Source: Enoplolaimus lenunculus (lineage: Eukaryota). From it: a stretch of 64,000 bases of DNA. The stretch is from positions 186,001-250,000 of the forward strand of contig JASANG010000273.1 of NCBI GenBank assembly GCA_030248215.1, read 5' to 3'. The position numbers and the translations under genes are program-made. The notes beneath the pieces are model-generated. The model was given only the letters and a program-made list of their open reading frames with translations. It was not told the origin of the DNA and did not search any database. Positions 33,954-48,550 of this stretch are shown here, piece after piece. The stretch's first letter is position 1. Each line of letters begins with the position of its first letter.

Positions 33954-34165
33954 GGACCAATGCATAGAACAGACCCGAAATAGCAGTGTAAGTATACTCC
34001 TAAGCTTTACGCGTAAGCCTGAGCCTAAGCCTAAGCGTAAGAATGCGCTTATATCTAAGCCTAAGCCTAAGCATAAGCAAAAAAGTTGAGTCTAAAGCTT
34101 AAGCTTGTACTATATTGCAGCCTAACAGAGCAACCAACGTTGCGCACCTGATATTTACATGATCC
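33954..34165 (+). mobile_element. MITE family C carrying (GCCTAA/TTAGGC)n telomere-like repeats
   Basis: Imperfect TIRs GGCC(A/C)ATG(C/T)A(T/A)AGA(A/T)CAGG flank a conserved body with CCTAAG repeats. Copies at about 452-610, 9385-9530, 15658-15868, 18015-18202, 33171-33345, 42095-42243, 46240-46374, 46617-46784, 50331-50470, 51650-51747, 52487-52651 and 56085-56239. Confidence 0.8.
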
Positions 34166-34405
34166 AAATTTAGAATAACAACATCTTGAATTTTTACACA
34201 ATGGTATACAATGTACATTACTAAGAAATCACTAAAAGCGTGCGAACTCTAAGTAATTTCACAGCCTCTAGAATTAAACTAGTACTTCGTAGGATGAGGT
34301 AAAAAATTTTCTGGCTCCAAAATACTGTCTGTAAGTGGTTTACGCCGTCCAGAAACCAAATCCAAGCTACGAATCTAATACTAAGTTATAGAAAAGCGAC
34401 CAAAC

Positions 34406-34542
34406 CTTAATCTCGACTAAGTTGCTTTCATTTGAATCCACTGTAAATAGGCGTTGTTCTTCAAATGTTTTTCTAATAAGTAATTCGATGGTTACACTAT
34501 ACACAGGTGCGTGTTCATGAATCATGCCGTCTTTAAAAACTC
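34406..34542 (-). CDS. Candidate exon (VFKDGMIHEHAPVYSVTIELL...SNLVEIK)
   Basis: Pyrimidine-rich CCAG acceptor, AG|GTTTG donor and an open frame. Not linked to other exons. Confidence 0.3.
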
Positions 34543-37500
34543 CTGGAGACATGTTAAAAATAGTCAGTCATTAGAATTAAACGTCTGCCTTCTGGAAATC
34601 AAAAATTTACTGTTACAGATTACACCTGTTCGTAAGTATAACATACACATATTTATATTGAGGTTATTCCGTCTTGCAATGAAATCTTAACCGTATTACC
34701 ATGCTTGGTCAGACCGCGCAACATATAATAGTGAAAAGCGACGTGCGAGCGAGAAGCCAAATGCAATTTTAGCACGAATTCTTAACACAAATTGTTGGTT
34801 TTAATCGCAGTTGGCGAAGTTAGGCCAGAATGGACCCCTTGGATCTGCCAGTGGCATTAATTCACGGCTGCGTTTTGGCTATAAATGCGTTTCTTGCAAT
34901 TTAAGCAAGATTATAATTATCTTCGTAGGCGTTGCGAAAGCCACAAAAGTACGCCGTTGAGATGAACCTTTTGCAATTAAGTAATAGTTTGTTTTTGCAT
35001 AACCAAAATGCAATATATATGTATTTATAATTAATATGTATATATATTTTATGTATAATATATAAATATATATTGACATTTCGTAAATATCTTTATCTCG
35101 ACTTTAGTACAGGTGTTTTACTTCCGACTCAGTGTAGAAACGTGGCATTCAACTGGTGCCCATAAAGTAATGGTTGAAAGGTGGGTTGTCTCCGGTTCCG
35201 AACCAAATATATAATCATACTTTTGTGCTTTAAAATACAAAATAAATCTTGAACAAAAAAACCACACCAGATAACGTAACACAGCATATTTAATTGTTCG
35301 ACACACTTGAGGCACGGTTAACCAAGTTTTTAACCCTCTGTTGATTTATAGTACTCAAAGAGTCATGCTGTGCAAATGGTCTACGCTGAAATTTAAATTT
35401 CTGTGCAGGAGTAGAATGGGCATGAGCATATATGTTGGCAAAGATCGGTATGCAAAACACCAGAAAATTACTAAATTTTCTAGAGCAGTATCAATCGATA
35501 TTCCTCTTTAAGGAAACAAAAATTTTAACCTCTTATTTGAAGGGCGGAAAACTTTACTTGATCCTCAGGCTCAATATGCAAGAGAGTGGTACTTATAAAA
35601 CTATTTGAGAAATGGCGTGTCGGGAGTTCTCTGGTCTTACAAGTGGGTCTTAAATGGTTTTAGGGGTGACGAAAATTTTCTAGGAGGTCTGACCAACTCA
35701 TTTCTCTCCCCGCTGCGATGCCGTGCTAGTAAGTCTGATTTTTTCAAAAAACCAAAGATTGTCCACGCCGTCATGCTTGCTTCAAGCGTGCGGTGCACTC
35801 GGGCATCGCTCTCGTGTTGTGCAGGTGACTCAAGAACTCGTGCAGCGCACTCGTGCAGAAATCGTGCTATCTCACTCGTTTCAAACTTATGCGTACACTC
35901 GTTCTTTATTCACTTGCACAGCAAGATAGCGATGGTCTCGTGCACGCACTCGCCTTGCTTCGTTCGGTGATAAAAGCTGCTACTAGAAGAGATAATAAAC
36001 AAACTGAAAATCTTACCGTGGAATTATCATATGATCCATTACTGACGACAACGTTTTCACTTTCCAAACCGATAAAGTTGCAGTAATCGTAAAATAATAC
36101 ACAGGATTGCGTTGAGTTGTGAATATTTTAAAATTGTAACCACAACCAGCCAAATATACAGCTCAGATGTGTAATAAATTACTAAATGTGACGTCGAATT
36201 TATATTTCGAATTTTTATTAATTTCTGCAAAATCAAAATTCTGAATTTTAAAGTTTATTTGTGAAATTACAGTAAACGAAAGAAAGAATAACGATTATAA
36301 CTCACCGAGCGAGGAACAAAAATATGACTAAAATATTAGTTTTTCTGTATAGAATTGGCAAACCGTTAACGAATGTTTCTATATTAACACTTTTTCTGAT
36401 CTCTTGTTTACCATAATTCCTGAAAATCAAATCGGATGCAACCTTGAATACCACCGGGACCGTTCCCACAACGGCGCCGGGTAGCCTCAGTTCCCTAGAA
36501 ATTTTCTGACCCTATTTTGTTGTTTTTGACACACTGGAGCCATGTAGAAATTTCAGCACTTTCTTACTGAAATATTTACTTGGTCGCCCATTCGGCATAG
36601 CAGGTGGAGATTACGGTACAAGCCTCAAACTTGATATGATTAAAGTAATAGGTTAAAAAAAATATTAATATAACAGATAGCTTCATAAAAGAAAACTTAT
36701 TACAAAAATCTACTTTATTTGATTAGCGATAAAGTAAGTAGCGAATCACGCATAGTCAGCTGAAATGTAGTTTATATAAGCGTAAATACCGTTAAAGTTA
36801 AAAAGATTATTCAAAAAAGTTAATATGTCTTAAATTTCACTTTTACTATTTTTCAAACAATATTATAATGGTTTTAGTGGTAGATGCTGAAAAATTCTAG
36901 CACTCAAATTTTAGATCCTAATAACAGCTGTTGTCTTGAATACAGCGGGCGGGGGGGTTGCAGTAAGGGTGGCGTTATCTGTCGCGCGGCGTCGTCCGTC
37001 ACCGTTCGGTCGCCGTACATAATCCTACATGAATTACGACACCGGACGTGAACAAAAGTATACATAGCGCCTCCCACCCTAAGATTTAACATATAATTTA
37101 AAAGTTACAATTTTTTGGGAAAATTGATATGTTCCCACCTTACCAACTTAAATTGCATTTTTTTCAATCCTGATATATTGCGCCCTGGCGTATATATTAA
37201 CCACTTATTTTTGAATCAGCCGCTGATACAGTCCAGGCAAAGTTGACGACATGGGGAGCTTCAGGCAGTCCAGCACCTTTGACATTTTCGTTCAGGGGTT
37301 TGACACGGTATCAGTTTTCAACGCAAGAAATTTCCTCAATCAACATTTTTTAAAGAACATAACGCCCATTCCAAAATTCTGGCTACGCCTATAAGTCCAG
37401 GTGTGGGAGTTTTTTCCGCTCTTTTAGCTCAATCTAAGATTTTCTGAACAACCAGTGAAATGGTTTAAAAATGCAAAGACAATCAACACCGACCCCTTTT

Positions 37501-37734
37501 CAGGCGAACAATACTATATTTATTGAACTGTAAAATCTGGACAACATTTCCTACGACTCGGTGAAAGCCCCCAGCCGCAATCTGGGACTTGAGATCATGT
37601 TCTGAGAAATCATTTTTGAAAAACCCAGCCATATTTCAAAACAGAAACGGCCAACCGTCAAATCACTTTTTTTTCATTTTAATATTATTCAAATTTCAAA
37701 TCTAATTTAACAAAAAATGCTACGCAAAACAAGA

Positions 37735-37736
<2 letters not shown>

Positions 37737-37806
<70 letters not shown>

Positions 37807-37828
37807 ATATATATATATAATATATATA
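37737..37828. repeat. (TA)n microsatellite
   Basis: Directly visible. Confidence 0.95.
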
Positions 37829-40800
37829 TTCTCGTATTGTTCGATATTAGGAATTAGGGCGCATACAAGGAGAATATTGAGCATATTCCCTGAAAATTCT
37901 GAGAAAAACGTTAAAAAGGGAACTTTTGCAGACTTTAATAAATTAACCTTTTCCACCCTAACAATCAAAACAAATTTTCTCGCTCGCAAACCTAGCTCAC
38001 AAGGATAACTTTTATACCCATCCGAAATGAAATGTTCGCTACTCGCCGGCTGGAAATCAACTATCCTGTCCAGGGTAAAGAAATGTAGAAAGCATTTAGG
38101 TTTTGTCCGTTTTCAAACAAAGCTTATGTTTACATAACAGCCGTTATAGATTTTACAAACGGCGCGGATTCCTATGAGCTGAACAAACCACTTAACGTAT
38201 ATGACTAATTTTTGGAAAGGTATGTGTAAGTTCTCAGGGGTAATTTGAAAGAAAATACTGCTAAATGTGAAAACAAAACTAAGCGTATTCAATTAAGACC
38301 ACAGCTTCGCGATTGTAATGTCTGAACTGATGAAAACGTACATTTTCGACCGATCCGAAGAGGGGTATGGTATATACTTCCAAGTTTTACGATCTAAATT
38401 AACGGGTTTACTCCATGTGTGGCCCCCATCCCACCCAGATAAAGTATAAACACCAGTAGTTTTGAAATGTGTCGGGCTTTTCGCTCGCTTTGCTCGCGAA
38501 GTTGGTAAATCATTCCCCGAAAAATCGGATTCGCCAGCACCGTGGCGCCCGTCACCTTAGAGTTTAGAGAAGTTGTTGCCAGTGCCTGTTCTACGAGCGC
38601 AACCCTCCCTGGAGGAATTTTTCCCCGCCCTGAAAATTTTCAACCTTAAGTGAATAAAAACTCTTGTTTGCCCCTTCTGAAACATTCTTAGTCCCTACAA
38701 GCAAGGTGATGTGGCTACAAGCCTGCTGCTTCAGTGCTGTATAATTTTTAGGTTAGACTTAGGTTCACGCCTTGAAGTGGTTCCATATTCCGCTCAGAAT
38801 CTGTTCAATATACGAGAGCCTATTTTAATTACCTTCTTAGGTTTTAGAATGGACCAAGCATGAAAACTAATTATGTTTCTAAGACATAATTCTCCAGTGT
38901 AAAGAAAGTCGGCTTTGATGTCCCAAGCGACACGTGTGAATACAACATTAAGGTAGCCCTATATACAAAAAGGTATTTTATCTTGATTTTAACAGAGGGC
39001 CTTTAGACTGGGTACATTTATAGCCTATTTTATTAGCTTTTTAAGACATTAATATTCTGTCTACCCAACTAAACTTTTTTACTGTTAATATTGCATATTT
39101 ACCGACGGGACTACTATGATTTGCAAAGCCGAGAAGCGGTGTGTAATCGTGGGGTCAGTATTGCAGAACAGCTACAGTTGAGAGGCAGGCAAAAGATCAC
39201 GGCAAACGACAATGACTCGCCAAATTTATTTCTGTTTAGCCAGTGGCGGATCCAGAAATTTTTGGTGGAAGGGATGCACAAGTGAAAAATGTTCCGTTTT
39301 GGCACATGACCATACGTATTGTCACGCATATACAATAGCCACAACTCACACACACATTGACTCATGTATAGAATAGGTCCCTCCCAATTTCCTGAGTAAT
39401 ACCCCAATTTACCAATAGCTTAGGCTATTTAGAAGTTTAGGTTTAGACTCAGGTTCAGGATTTAGCTTGAGCCTACGCTTTATGCTAAAGTTTAGGTGGC
39501 TAGACGAGTTCATAGGCAGACGGATGCAGTGTGCTCAGCCCCTCTGTAGCCAAATTGGCACTTTTTATTCCACACACATGAGAAACTTCCTCGCAGTGCC
39601 GGAGCAGACAGGGGTGGAGCTTCCCCCAAACTCAATGGTGGGAACACCAAAACTCGGGAGCGAGTCGACGAGAAACCAGACGCATTTTAAAATTTGTCAA
39701 AGCACACAGAAAATTAGTTGTGCTGAGTTTCGGGGCGAAGCCCTTAAACAACGGTGAAATTTTAACACATCGAAACAAAAATTTGCATTGAAAGTCTGAT
39801 TTTAACCCTGAAAAACATTACACTCGGCAGCCGGTGGGGGGAGGGGGGATTTCTAAGATCTTGGGATGACGGCCTCACTACAGGACTGTGTTTCACAACA
39901 TTCACAACCGTAATCTGTCGATTATTGCACCTGCAAGCTAGCAATTATGCAGCTCAGCAGCTGAATATATTTCGCATGCTCATATTGACGTCATAATTGG
40001 CAAAAATAAAACCTCAAGTTACATATATTGTATACGTAGCATATAAACCTTTGCTTACTTGCCTGAAACTGGCATCGGAAAAAGCTTTCAAAAAAAGCGG
40101 CGAACATATAATTTGAAACATTTGAAATTTGAAGAACCTACAAAACTTACACTGATCTGGAATTACAAAATAAAAATTAGATATTGCGGCAAGAACGCAG
40201 TCAGGATTTCATTTCGGACGGGTATAACTTCAAACGCTACTGTTCAGTGCTTCTACTGCGGACGCTTACGATTTAGACTTAAGTTTGGGAAACTGCTTGC
40301 CTACGCCTAAGCCTAAGTTTAAGCTTAAGTATATACCTAAACCTTTGCCCTTAAAAGGAAAATGTACAGGAGCCAATTGAAATTATGATTTTGGGATAAA
40401 AACTAAGATTTTAACATAGGAGGTAAAATGTTTATTGTAAAGGCTTGTGACAGTAGCTGGTTTAACCGAATTTAAGCTAACAGCATTATACAATTTTATA
40501 GCAAACTATAAGCTTAGCTCAGTCTAGAACCAATTAGATTATCATTTAATTAAAGAATTAGACAACGTGTGTCAATTTATATCGTTCCGAAATGCAGTCT
40601 TAGCTACGACGCTGTCGCCGAAGAGCCAACTTTAACCTTTTCGAACCGTAATCGGCGTTTGGATGAATATGACGGCAATAGAAATTTTCGTATTACACTT
40701 AAAGCTGAAGTGAAATATTCAGCTATCAGAAGAAATAATAATATGAACAATTCTATGGCCGTAATTTTCATTCAAAATCTACAGACTATGCCTTCGTGCC

Positions 40801-42510
40801 TTAATCTTAAATACAGATTTATAAATGGGTCGAGATATAAGAAATACTAATTAACTTGGTTGCAACATTTGCAACCATACTTATTATTTTTAGTTTTGCG
40901 TTGCAACTTGAAACCCACTGAAACTACTTACCGATATATCTTAACAAAATATACGCATAAACCAATGGACACTTCACCTTATAGAACAGGGTATAAACAA
41001 AATCTGAAACTAAAGATGCCATTACTTTGCATACGTGTATAAAAATCGGTTAGAACGTTGCTCAAAATACGTGTGTAGGGCGTTCCACCTTTAATAATAT
41101 AGATATCTCCCAAAATTTTACCCAAGAGAAGAAAAAAAGCACCTTTAACTAGTGTTAGGATAAACCTGACAAACATTTAAATGTCAAAAGAGCTCTCCCG
41201 TTTGTTACACTCGCTCGCAAAACAAACTATTTGCCTTTAAGCAATTTACCTTTCCGGAATAAAATCTTGGCCAACGTACCTAAGCATGCGGGGGCAATCA
41301 TTTATGACGTTCTCATAACTACAATTGGTTATAAATCTACCAGTGATTGGAAATTTTTGCCGAAAATGCCCCCAATTAAAGTCACTTATTTCCTCTTTAT
41401 AACCTTGGATACTGCTTTTTTAAAATATATACATTATGCTTATATGCAAGGATTTTAAGCTAATTGAATTTAATGTAATGTAATATATTGGCTTGTCAGT
41501 CATTGATGGACACAGGCCCGAAGCCAGCTTACCTTGCTAGCGGGGCTAAAAAATTTTAAAGTGGGGCATACAAGGGTTTTCGTTGACTTGCAAGCAAGGT
41601 TGAAAATTTCTCGGTTGAGCAAAATTTCTCCACCGGATGAACGCCGCCATAGAACATTGAGTTGAGATATATATGTAATTGATGAAGTTGAGAAGAAAAA
41701 CATTATATAAAACCTGCTACAATTGCAAATTTGGCAATGTTTACTTTTTCCGTATATATCCAACTTTATAAATATTTAGGAATTCTTAGATGGGTACAGC
41801 TGACCCCTATTATTACACGTGTATACGTGCCAGTTTGCCGTGCTATCAATTGATTGTGTTGATAAGTAGAATATTAAAAAGCCGATTAAAAAACCACGTG
41901 GAAAGTGCTTTTTGCAATACGCCAGTTAATTTTTACTTTTTTAAATTCCAATTTCGTCTGAGATAAAGGTAGTTGTGGACTTCTGCCGCAGAAGCGTAGG
42001 CTTGGGCCTTAGGCTTAGGATCAGGCTTAGGTTTTGAAATAGGCTTGCTTAAGTCTAAGCCTAAACCTTCGACTTAGATTCGACTAAACGCCTGAGCCTG
42101 GAACAGTAATATAAGCATATTTTTAAGCCTATAATTCTAAGCCTATTAAGACTAAGCCTAAGCAAAAAATTAGTCTAAAGCTTTAAGCTTACTCTATTCC
42201 AATACACAAAAATGTTCCATCCCTGATATCTTTACATGGGCCAAACCCAAGATAAAATGTTATGCTAAGATTTCAAGTCGAAATTCGCGTATCGCAAAAA
42301 TGCCTGCTATTATTACCAGTCGACCCCATACAATTAACTGTACAGGAACTAAAAACAATTTCAGAAATATTCAATTATTTTTCAGAAAACTATTTTAGTT
42401 TTTGTAAGAAACTTGAACTGCATACAAAAATGGTCTGGCAAAGTGGGTGACTTGTTTTTCTATATTCGACGCAAACTTTTGCTAAATAAAACTTTAATAT
42501 GTCACCAGAG

Positions 42511-42683
42511 CAGACCCGTAGCACAGCTCACCTTGCTAGAGGGGCTAAAATTTTTCAGAAAGGGCATATAAGCGTTTTCATCAATGACGTACAAGCGCGG
42601 TCGAAAATTTTCTAGGTTGGTCGAAAATTTATCCAGATGGACTTATCTCCACCCACCCCCGCTCCTCTGTGGCTACGGTCCCG
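42511..42683 (-). mobile_element. hAT-type MITE family A copy
   Basis: TSD CACCAGAG/CGCCAGAG and the family body in reverse orientation. Confidence 0.85.
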
Positions 42684-45378
42684 CGCCAGAGGAAACTTTT
42701 ACGAGTCTTTGCGGGATGAATTTTGTGTTACAACGAGCGAAAACGTTGAGTCAAAAAACAATTGCTATTCTACCAGCGTGGGAAAATGTTGCCAATACAG
42801 CCCATTTTCAAGTAAACGAGCACTCTCGGATCAAACTTTGCATTTGGTAAACGGGCCTAGAACGCAGTCAGAATTTCATTTCTGGGCGGTATAGCCACAT
42901 GTAAGGGGTCTTTATATGAACAGAAATGTGATTTTGACCTTTAGTAGAAACCAGCTTGTTTCTAAAACGTTTGTATAATGTATATTATATAATATTAGTC
43001 CATGAATTAATTTCCTCGTTCTTCTGGCTATAAATTTAAAATTTTAATTTTGCAATTATGACGCTCTGGTTCTAAGCGATTTTGTGACGGAAACGAATTT
43101 TCAGTCGTGTATTTTGTTTTTTGAGCACATATGTGCCTCTGTCGTCCGAATTTATACGCCCGAAAATTACACTGTTCCACTGTATATCATATGATATTCG
43201 TTATAATTTTGGTATATCATATGATGTTCGCATAAATGCCCATTAGTATCACGTAACATACTGACTTGCACACAGTGATCTTCTGCGAGCGGCGGTTTAT
43301 AAGTTAGTGTCATATAACATCGCAGTTATGTCTACTGACCCAATATGACAGCACGAATTTTAACGTTGCCGTCGAATCAACATAGGACAAACCGTGACCC
43401 GCCTGCCCTGCTTATAACGTGAATCCTGCTTAAGCCTATACCTATATACTTACCACGAAGTATTTAGCATGTATTTCCAACAACAATTTTAATTAAAACT
43501 ACAACAAAATTTGAGATGTAAAATTCAAAAATCCTAAAACCTAATTTCCTACATCAACCACTTCGGCCAAACCTTCTACGGTAATTTTAGTTTTATGAAA
43601 ACACGGCATTTAGTTATTATAAATGTATTCGTAGTCGGTACATTTTTGTTCAGTCGCTAGTTATATTCTTGGTTGGGTAGGATTATAATATGGCACTGGT
43701 GGATCTAGAAAAGATGAAGCGCACAATGTGCTTTCCAGCCAAATAATCTAAAATATGACGCGGTATCAACACAAACTCAAATAAAGTATTAAAAATAATG
43801 ATACATTTGTCAAAAGTTAAACCATGCTTAAAAATGACAAAATTTACAAAAAATTCCTTGCTCGTTGATATTAAAATCCTCGATCAAAACCTGCAGTAGA
43901 GCCTGTGGCATTAAAGCCTACCTTAAACTTATACCTATCGGTCGGTATTCTCAAAGGTTTGGTAAACTCACGTGCACCTGCATTTGCAGATCTCAAAATT
44001 TGCACAGAAGTAGAACAAACAAAATATGAACAATGCGTTGGATTTAAACTTCGCCATTCAGTGAAAATTGAAAATATTGAAATTAGGCAAGGAACGAAAC
44101 AATAGTGCTCCAACGGTTGCCAAATGTCCTTTTCGTTTTCCCAGCAAATTATGTCAAAATCATTTTTTCACCATATCAGGGAATACTTCTTCATTCCTTT
44201 GAATCCACCTATCAAGTCGTTGGGAAATATAAATTTAAATTTTAACCCATGACCTATCACTTCTATACTACCTGTCCAGGTGGTTATATTTTATGGCACC
44301 TTAATGGCGTGCCATGGCTGTGACCAGCAGGGACCTCGCCTCAAGACCATTTAACAACCCCCCAAAATCAAGAAATTATGAAGCTTTTCTCGATAAATAA
44401 AACATGATCATCCTTGCGAACGTTTAGCGAGCAAAAAGCCAGACGTAATTTTAGTATTCAATAGATAAATTAAAAAGTTTACAGGGAACCCTTAAGTGTA
44501 TTAGGACCCACCACTTTGTTTGTGGATATGGAAAACGCTAAGCACACATTAGCGAATACTGAGGGGTGCGGGGAGGGCGCACCACCCGAACGGAAATTTT
44601 TTTAAGATAAAATGATAAGGTTACTTCTATCATACAATTTTCCCCTCGGCAAATTAGCACATTAATTGCATATAGTAAAAATTGCGTTTCGTAACATTTG
44701 CCAGTCCGCCCCCCCCCCTTCGTCCGGTATTTCTGGATCTGCCGCTGAAGCTGCAGGGCACGTGCTTAACTCAAAGAGACAAACTGTAGAAAATATTAAA
44801 AACTACAATAGACACAGTTTTAAAACTCTAACTTTTCAAATGATTGACAAACATTTTATGTATTTTATTTTCGCTGATGAGTCAAATCTTTTTCACTTAA
44901 AACAAATTTTAAAATGCACTGCTGGCTCTTGAAGGTACTTCAGAACAAAAAATGTCGTTTTTTTGGCAGAGGGGAGGCACAAACAAGCTATAACATTATT
45001 TGGCTGATCCAAAACTCCTTGACAGTGACGGACGAGCGAAACATAATTGAAAAAAGATTGAATTTGCAGCGAACGAGAAACCAGACGCTATTTTAGAACT
45101 ATAAATCGTGGCACAAAATTTATGATCGTTGTTTAAGGCCGAGATCTGAGTGGCCACCTTTAGATCCGCCGGTGCTAACTGGTAAAATATTTTAAATTAA
45201 AATAATTTAGACATCGAATTTTTTTGCTTATAGCTTGTATATTCTGCTGACTGCCATAAAACGGTATACATCCTAAAAATATTGAGCCCTTACTACAATT
45301 TTTATCGCACTAAATTGTTGAAATCAAAAACTTTCGCAAACGCTAGCAATCAAACAACTGAATGTTCCGAATCCAGCA

Positions 45379-45586
45379 TGGAATCTCCGACAATTCGTCG
45401 CTTGACAACTTGTCGTCCAACACTGACCTAATAGCCAATTAACAATTTTATACAGAATCCCAAGCGTAATCCTAAGCCTAAGCCTAGCTTAAGTATAATG
45501 ATGGGTGACGAATTGTCGAGCCATTAAAAATTTGGATTAAAAGATATCAGGTGACGAATTGTCGGGCGACGAATTGTGATACCTAC
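45379..45586. mobile_element. MITE family D copy
   Basis: Reverse-complement homologue of 4277-4481. Confidence 0.7.
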
Positions 45587-46028
45587 ACGATGACCGGCTT
45601 GAAAGTACAGCGTCTAATTGAGAAATTTCTAAATCCACCGCTGCAAATCACTTAGTTCTATTTAGAGTTTAATTTATTGTGAACTTTACATGCATTAAAG
45701 CTAGTAAACGTCGCATGATACAGGCATTGATAAAGCTAATTTCACGTAAGACATTTTGAATAAATCCACACAACCAACACAGCCAACTGACCATAGGAAA
45801 AGCCGATATGCAAACAATAAAGCCAGAAACAAATTGATTAAAGGCTTTTTTGTCTGCTGTTTTATGGAACGGCTGTTGAAGCTTAGATCTGAACGCAAAG
45901 CAATATTCAAATGAGTTTAGCATTAAACCCTCGTATTTCAATTACATTCTGCTGTAATTTTTTGCCTTACTGTGTTTGGAGTGTATTGTTCAATTTTCTT
46001 AAGTCTGGTGGCGTGGTTTGGTCACTTA

Positions 46029-46190
46029 CGTGTCCATAGCCAAAAGGGGCCTAGGGTGCTCAGCCTCCAAAGGAAGAATTTTTGCCTATCTAGCAAATTT
46101 TCATCCTTACTTGTAAGTCATCGAAAACCACTGTATGCTTCTCCAGAAATTTTTATCCCAATTTAGCAAGGTCAGCTGGGTATGAGCCTG
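46029..46190 (+). mobile_element. hAT-type MITE family A copy
   Basis: TSD GTCACTTA/ATCACTTA and the family body. Confidence 0.85.
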
Positions 46191-48550
46191 ATCACTTATC
46201 ATTTTTGACAACCATCAGAGGAATTCATCGTGAACACGGCGAATGCATAGAACCGGGCCGTAACAGTAAAACAAGCATATTCCTAAGCCTCCAGCATAAA
46301 GCAAAGAAATAGTTTAAAACTTGCTCTATCGTAGTCCCACAGAAAAACGTTCCGCACCTTATCTTTACATGGACCTATGAACATCAGGCCTTAATGACGT
46401 GATGTTAGCCTTTCTAGATATAGATGCATATTTAAATAATGACATCAAGTACGCAAGTTTGCAGTGAATAATACGTTCCAGGTCTGTAATTCTAAGCAGG
46501 TTGAGTACTTAAAATCTCTTCCAAAAAATATGCTCAAAGTCTTCGGTGACGTCAGTTTATATTCAGGTTAATTGGGTTTAGCCTTAGGCTTCCGGTTAGG
46601 TTTAGGTAAGCGGCCTATTTAAAGATCAGGGACGGTTCGTTTTGGGGCGGGATTGTAATAGATCAAGCTTAAGACTTAGACTAATTTTTTTGCTAAGGTT
46701 AGGTAGGGGCTTATACGTACTTGGGCTTAGGTTTATGGTTCGAAATATGCTTATACCACTGTTCCGGTCCAGTTCTATTCATTTTCGACTTTAAGCTTAG
46801 TTTTTTATTCCGGTTTAGGCTTTAAGCTTAGATTTATGAAATGTTCGGGATCTGTTGTAAACATATCCATAATCCTACATTAAACACCTTTCGAACGACT
46901 GGTACTATAAAACAGCAAATCAATTAAAATAACATAGCTAATCTGATTTATGTAAAAAGCATTTAATTCGCACAACCATGTTCGGAAAGAGATAAATCTC
47001 AAAATATTGACAATTATAAATCCTTCATTTTGAACGCAACAAACCCGAGTTTCTGTCAGCAGCGGCGCTGTCTAGATTTCAGTTCGACTGGAAATAATCA
47101 CGACTCTTTGTGCGAGCGATATAAACGAGCGAGAAATTTGTTGACTTCTGCACGATACTCGACAGTCTGTCTGTAAAAGTGCCTTTTTCGTGTCTTCAGA
47201 AATATTTGAGAGGTCCATTCCTACCCAACCCCCTTGTATACGTACGGCCCTGCATCTCAGTTGGCGGGCTGAACCAACGTTGACAACCCGTTTTGACAGC
47301 CAGACGACTTATTTTTCTTTATTTGTTTTTATTTCTTTTTCCTTTTTTGTGTCAGCTTTCTCTATGACGCGCATATCTTTGACTTCGTCTCGAATTAACA
47401 ATACTCATCACTGATGCCGATGGAGAAAGGGAATAAGACATTTAGTAACCAAGATTGTGCGTCGAAATTGGGGAGGTACGACCTATCTAATCCATATTTA
47501 TCACGGTTGTTTTTCGTTATCCACCCTAGCCCTTCTTACACAAAAATCGTTGCCGCGCGATAAGTATAGCGTCACTTTATGTATTAAACAATAATTAGTT
47601 TCTCCCCGTAGGGCACCCGCCTATCCGAATTCTTCAGTACAAAAATTATGAGCAATGAACCAATAGCTGGATATAACATTTCGCTACTTTACTTCGACCC
47701 ATGAAAAAATCGGAGGCGGAAAGTTTCTGTGGGACTGACTGCAACCTTGAAAAATATAAATTGTCTGCCGATGTGTCGAACGCCTACTCCGCAGTTGTCA
47801 GTCACGGGTTTACTGCTTTTACCATAACCGCTACAGTATCGACATAAATTTTGCAATTCCGCATATAGCCAGCTTCATTTTTGTTCAATCTGTACGCGGC
47901 CTCGTTGCCAAAGGTGTGTCCAAGGGGCTCAGTTCCCCTGAAACAATTTTGTTCTGCTTAGAAAATTTTCATCCTTGCTACTAAATCATCGAAAACCCTT
48001 AAAGCCTAGTAAAAATATCAATATTACCTGGAACGCTATAAGGAAATAGACAGCTATTGACTCAGTCCCAAAATAGAAATCCCATCCTCGTATTACTTCG
48101 CACGCTCCAATTCGGGTCAATACAGAGCTTCTATATGGTTCTGTTTGTTACAATCTTGATTCATATATAAAAAGTTTGTTATAGGTATGAATATAAACTT
48201 CAATAGTAGTTCTATATAAGTCCCGTATTTGGCTCTATGAAAATAATAATTAATTAACCTAAATTTGCTCTCCCTAGTGTCGTCTTAACACTAATTATTC
48301 CTTAAAACAACAGCATCAACATTAATTGTAATGCAAAACCAGAGCAGCGGACGCGGACTGCTAACGTCGTGTGCGGCCAATATTACTTTGAGGGGGGTAA
48401 CTGTAGTATAAGCATATTTATCAACCTAAGCCGAAGCCTAATCCTCAGGGCACGTCCGTAGCCACCTCACCTTTGCTAGGAGGACTGAACATGGGCATAC
48501 AAGGTTTTCCGATGAATTACAAGCAAACTTGAAAATTTTCTAGGAGGGGA

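Noticed and set aside
34406..36230. Cadherin-like motifs (IHEHAP; NPVYYFTITAT) in candidate exons
   Set aside because: The splice phases are incompatible and the DxD/LDRE/DxNDN motifs are absent, so the resemblance is too weak to call.
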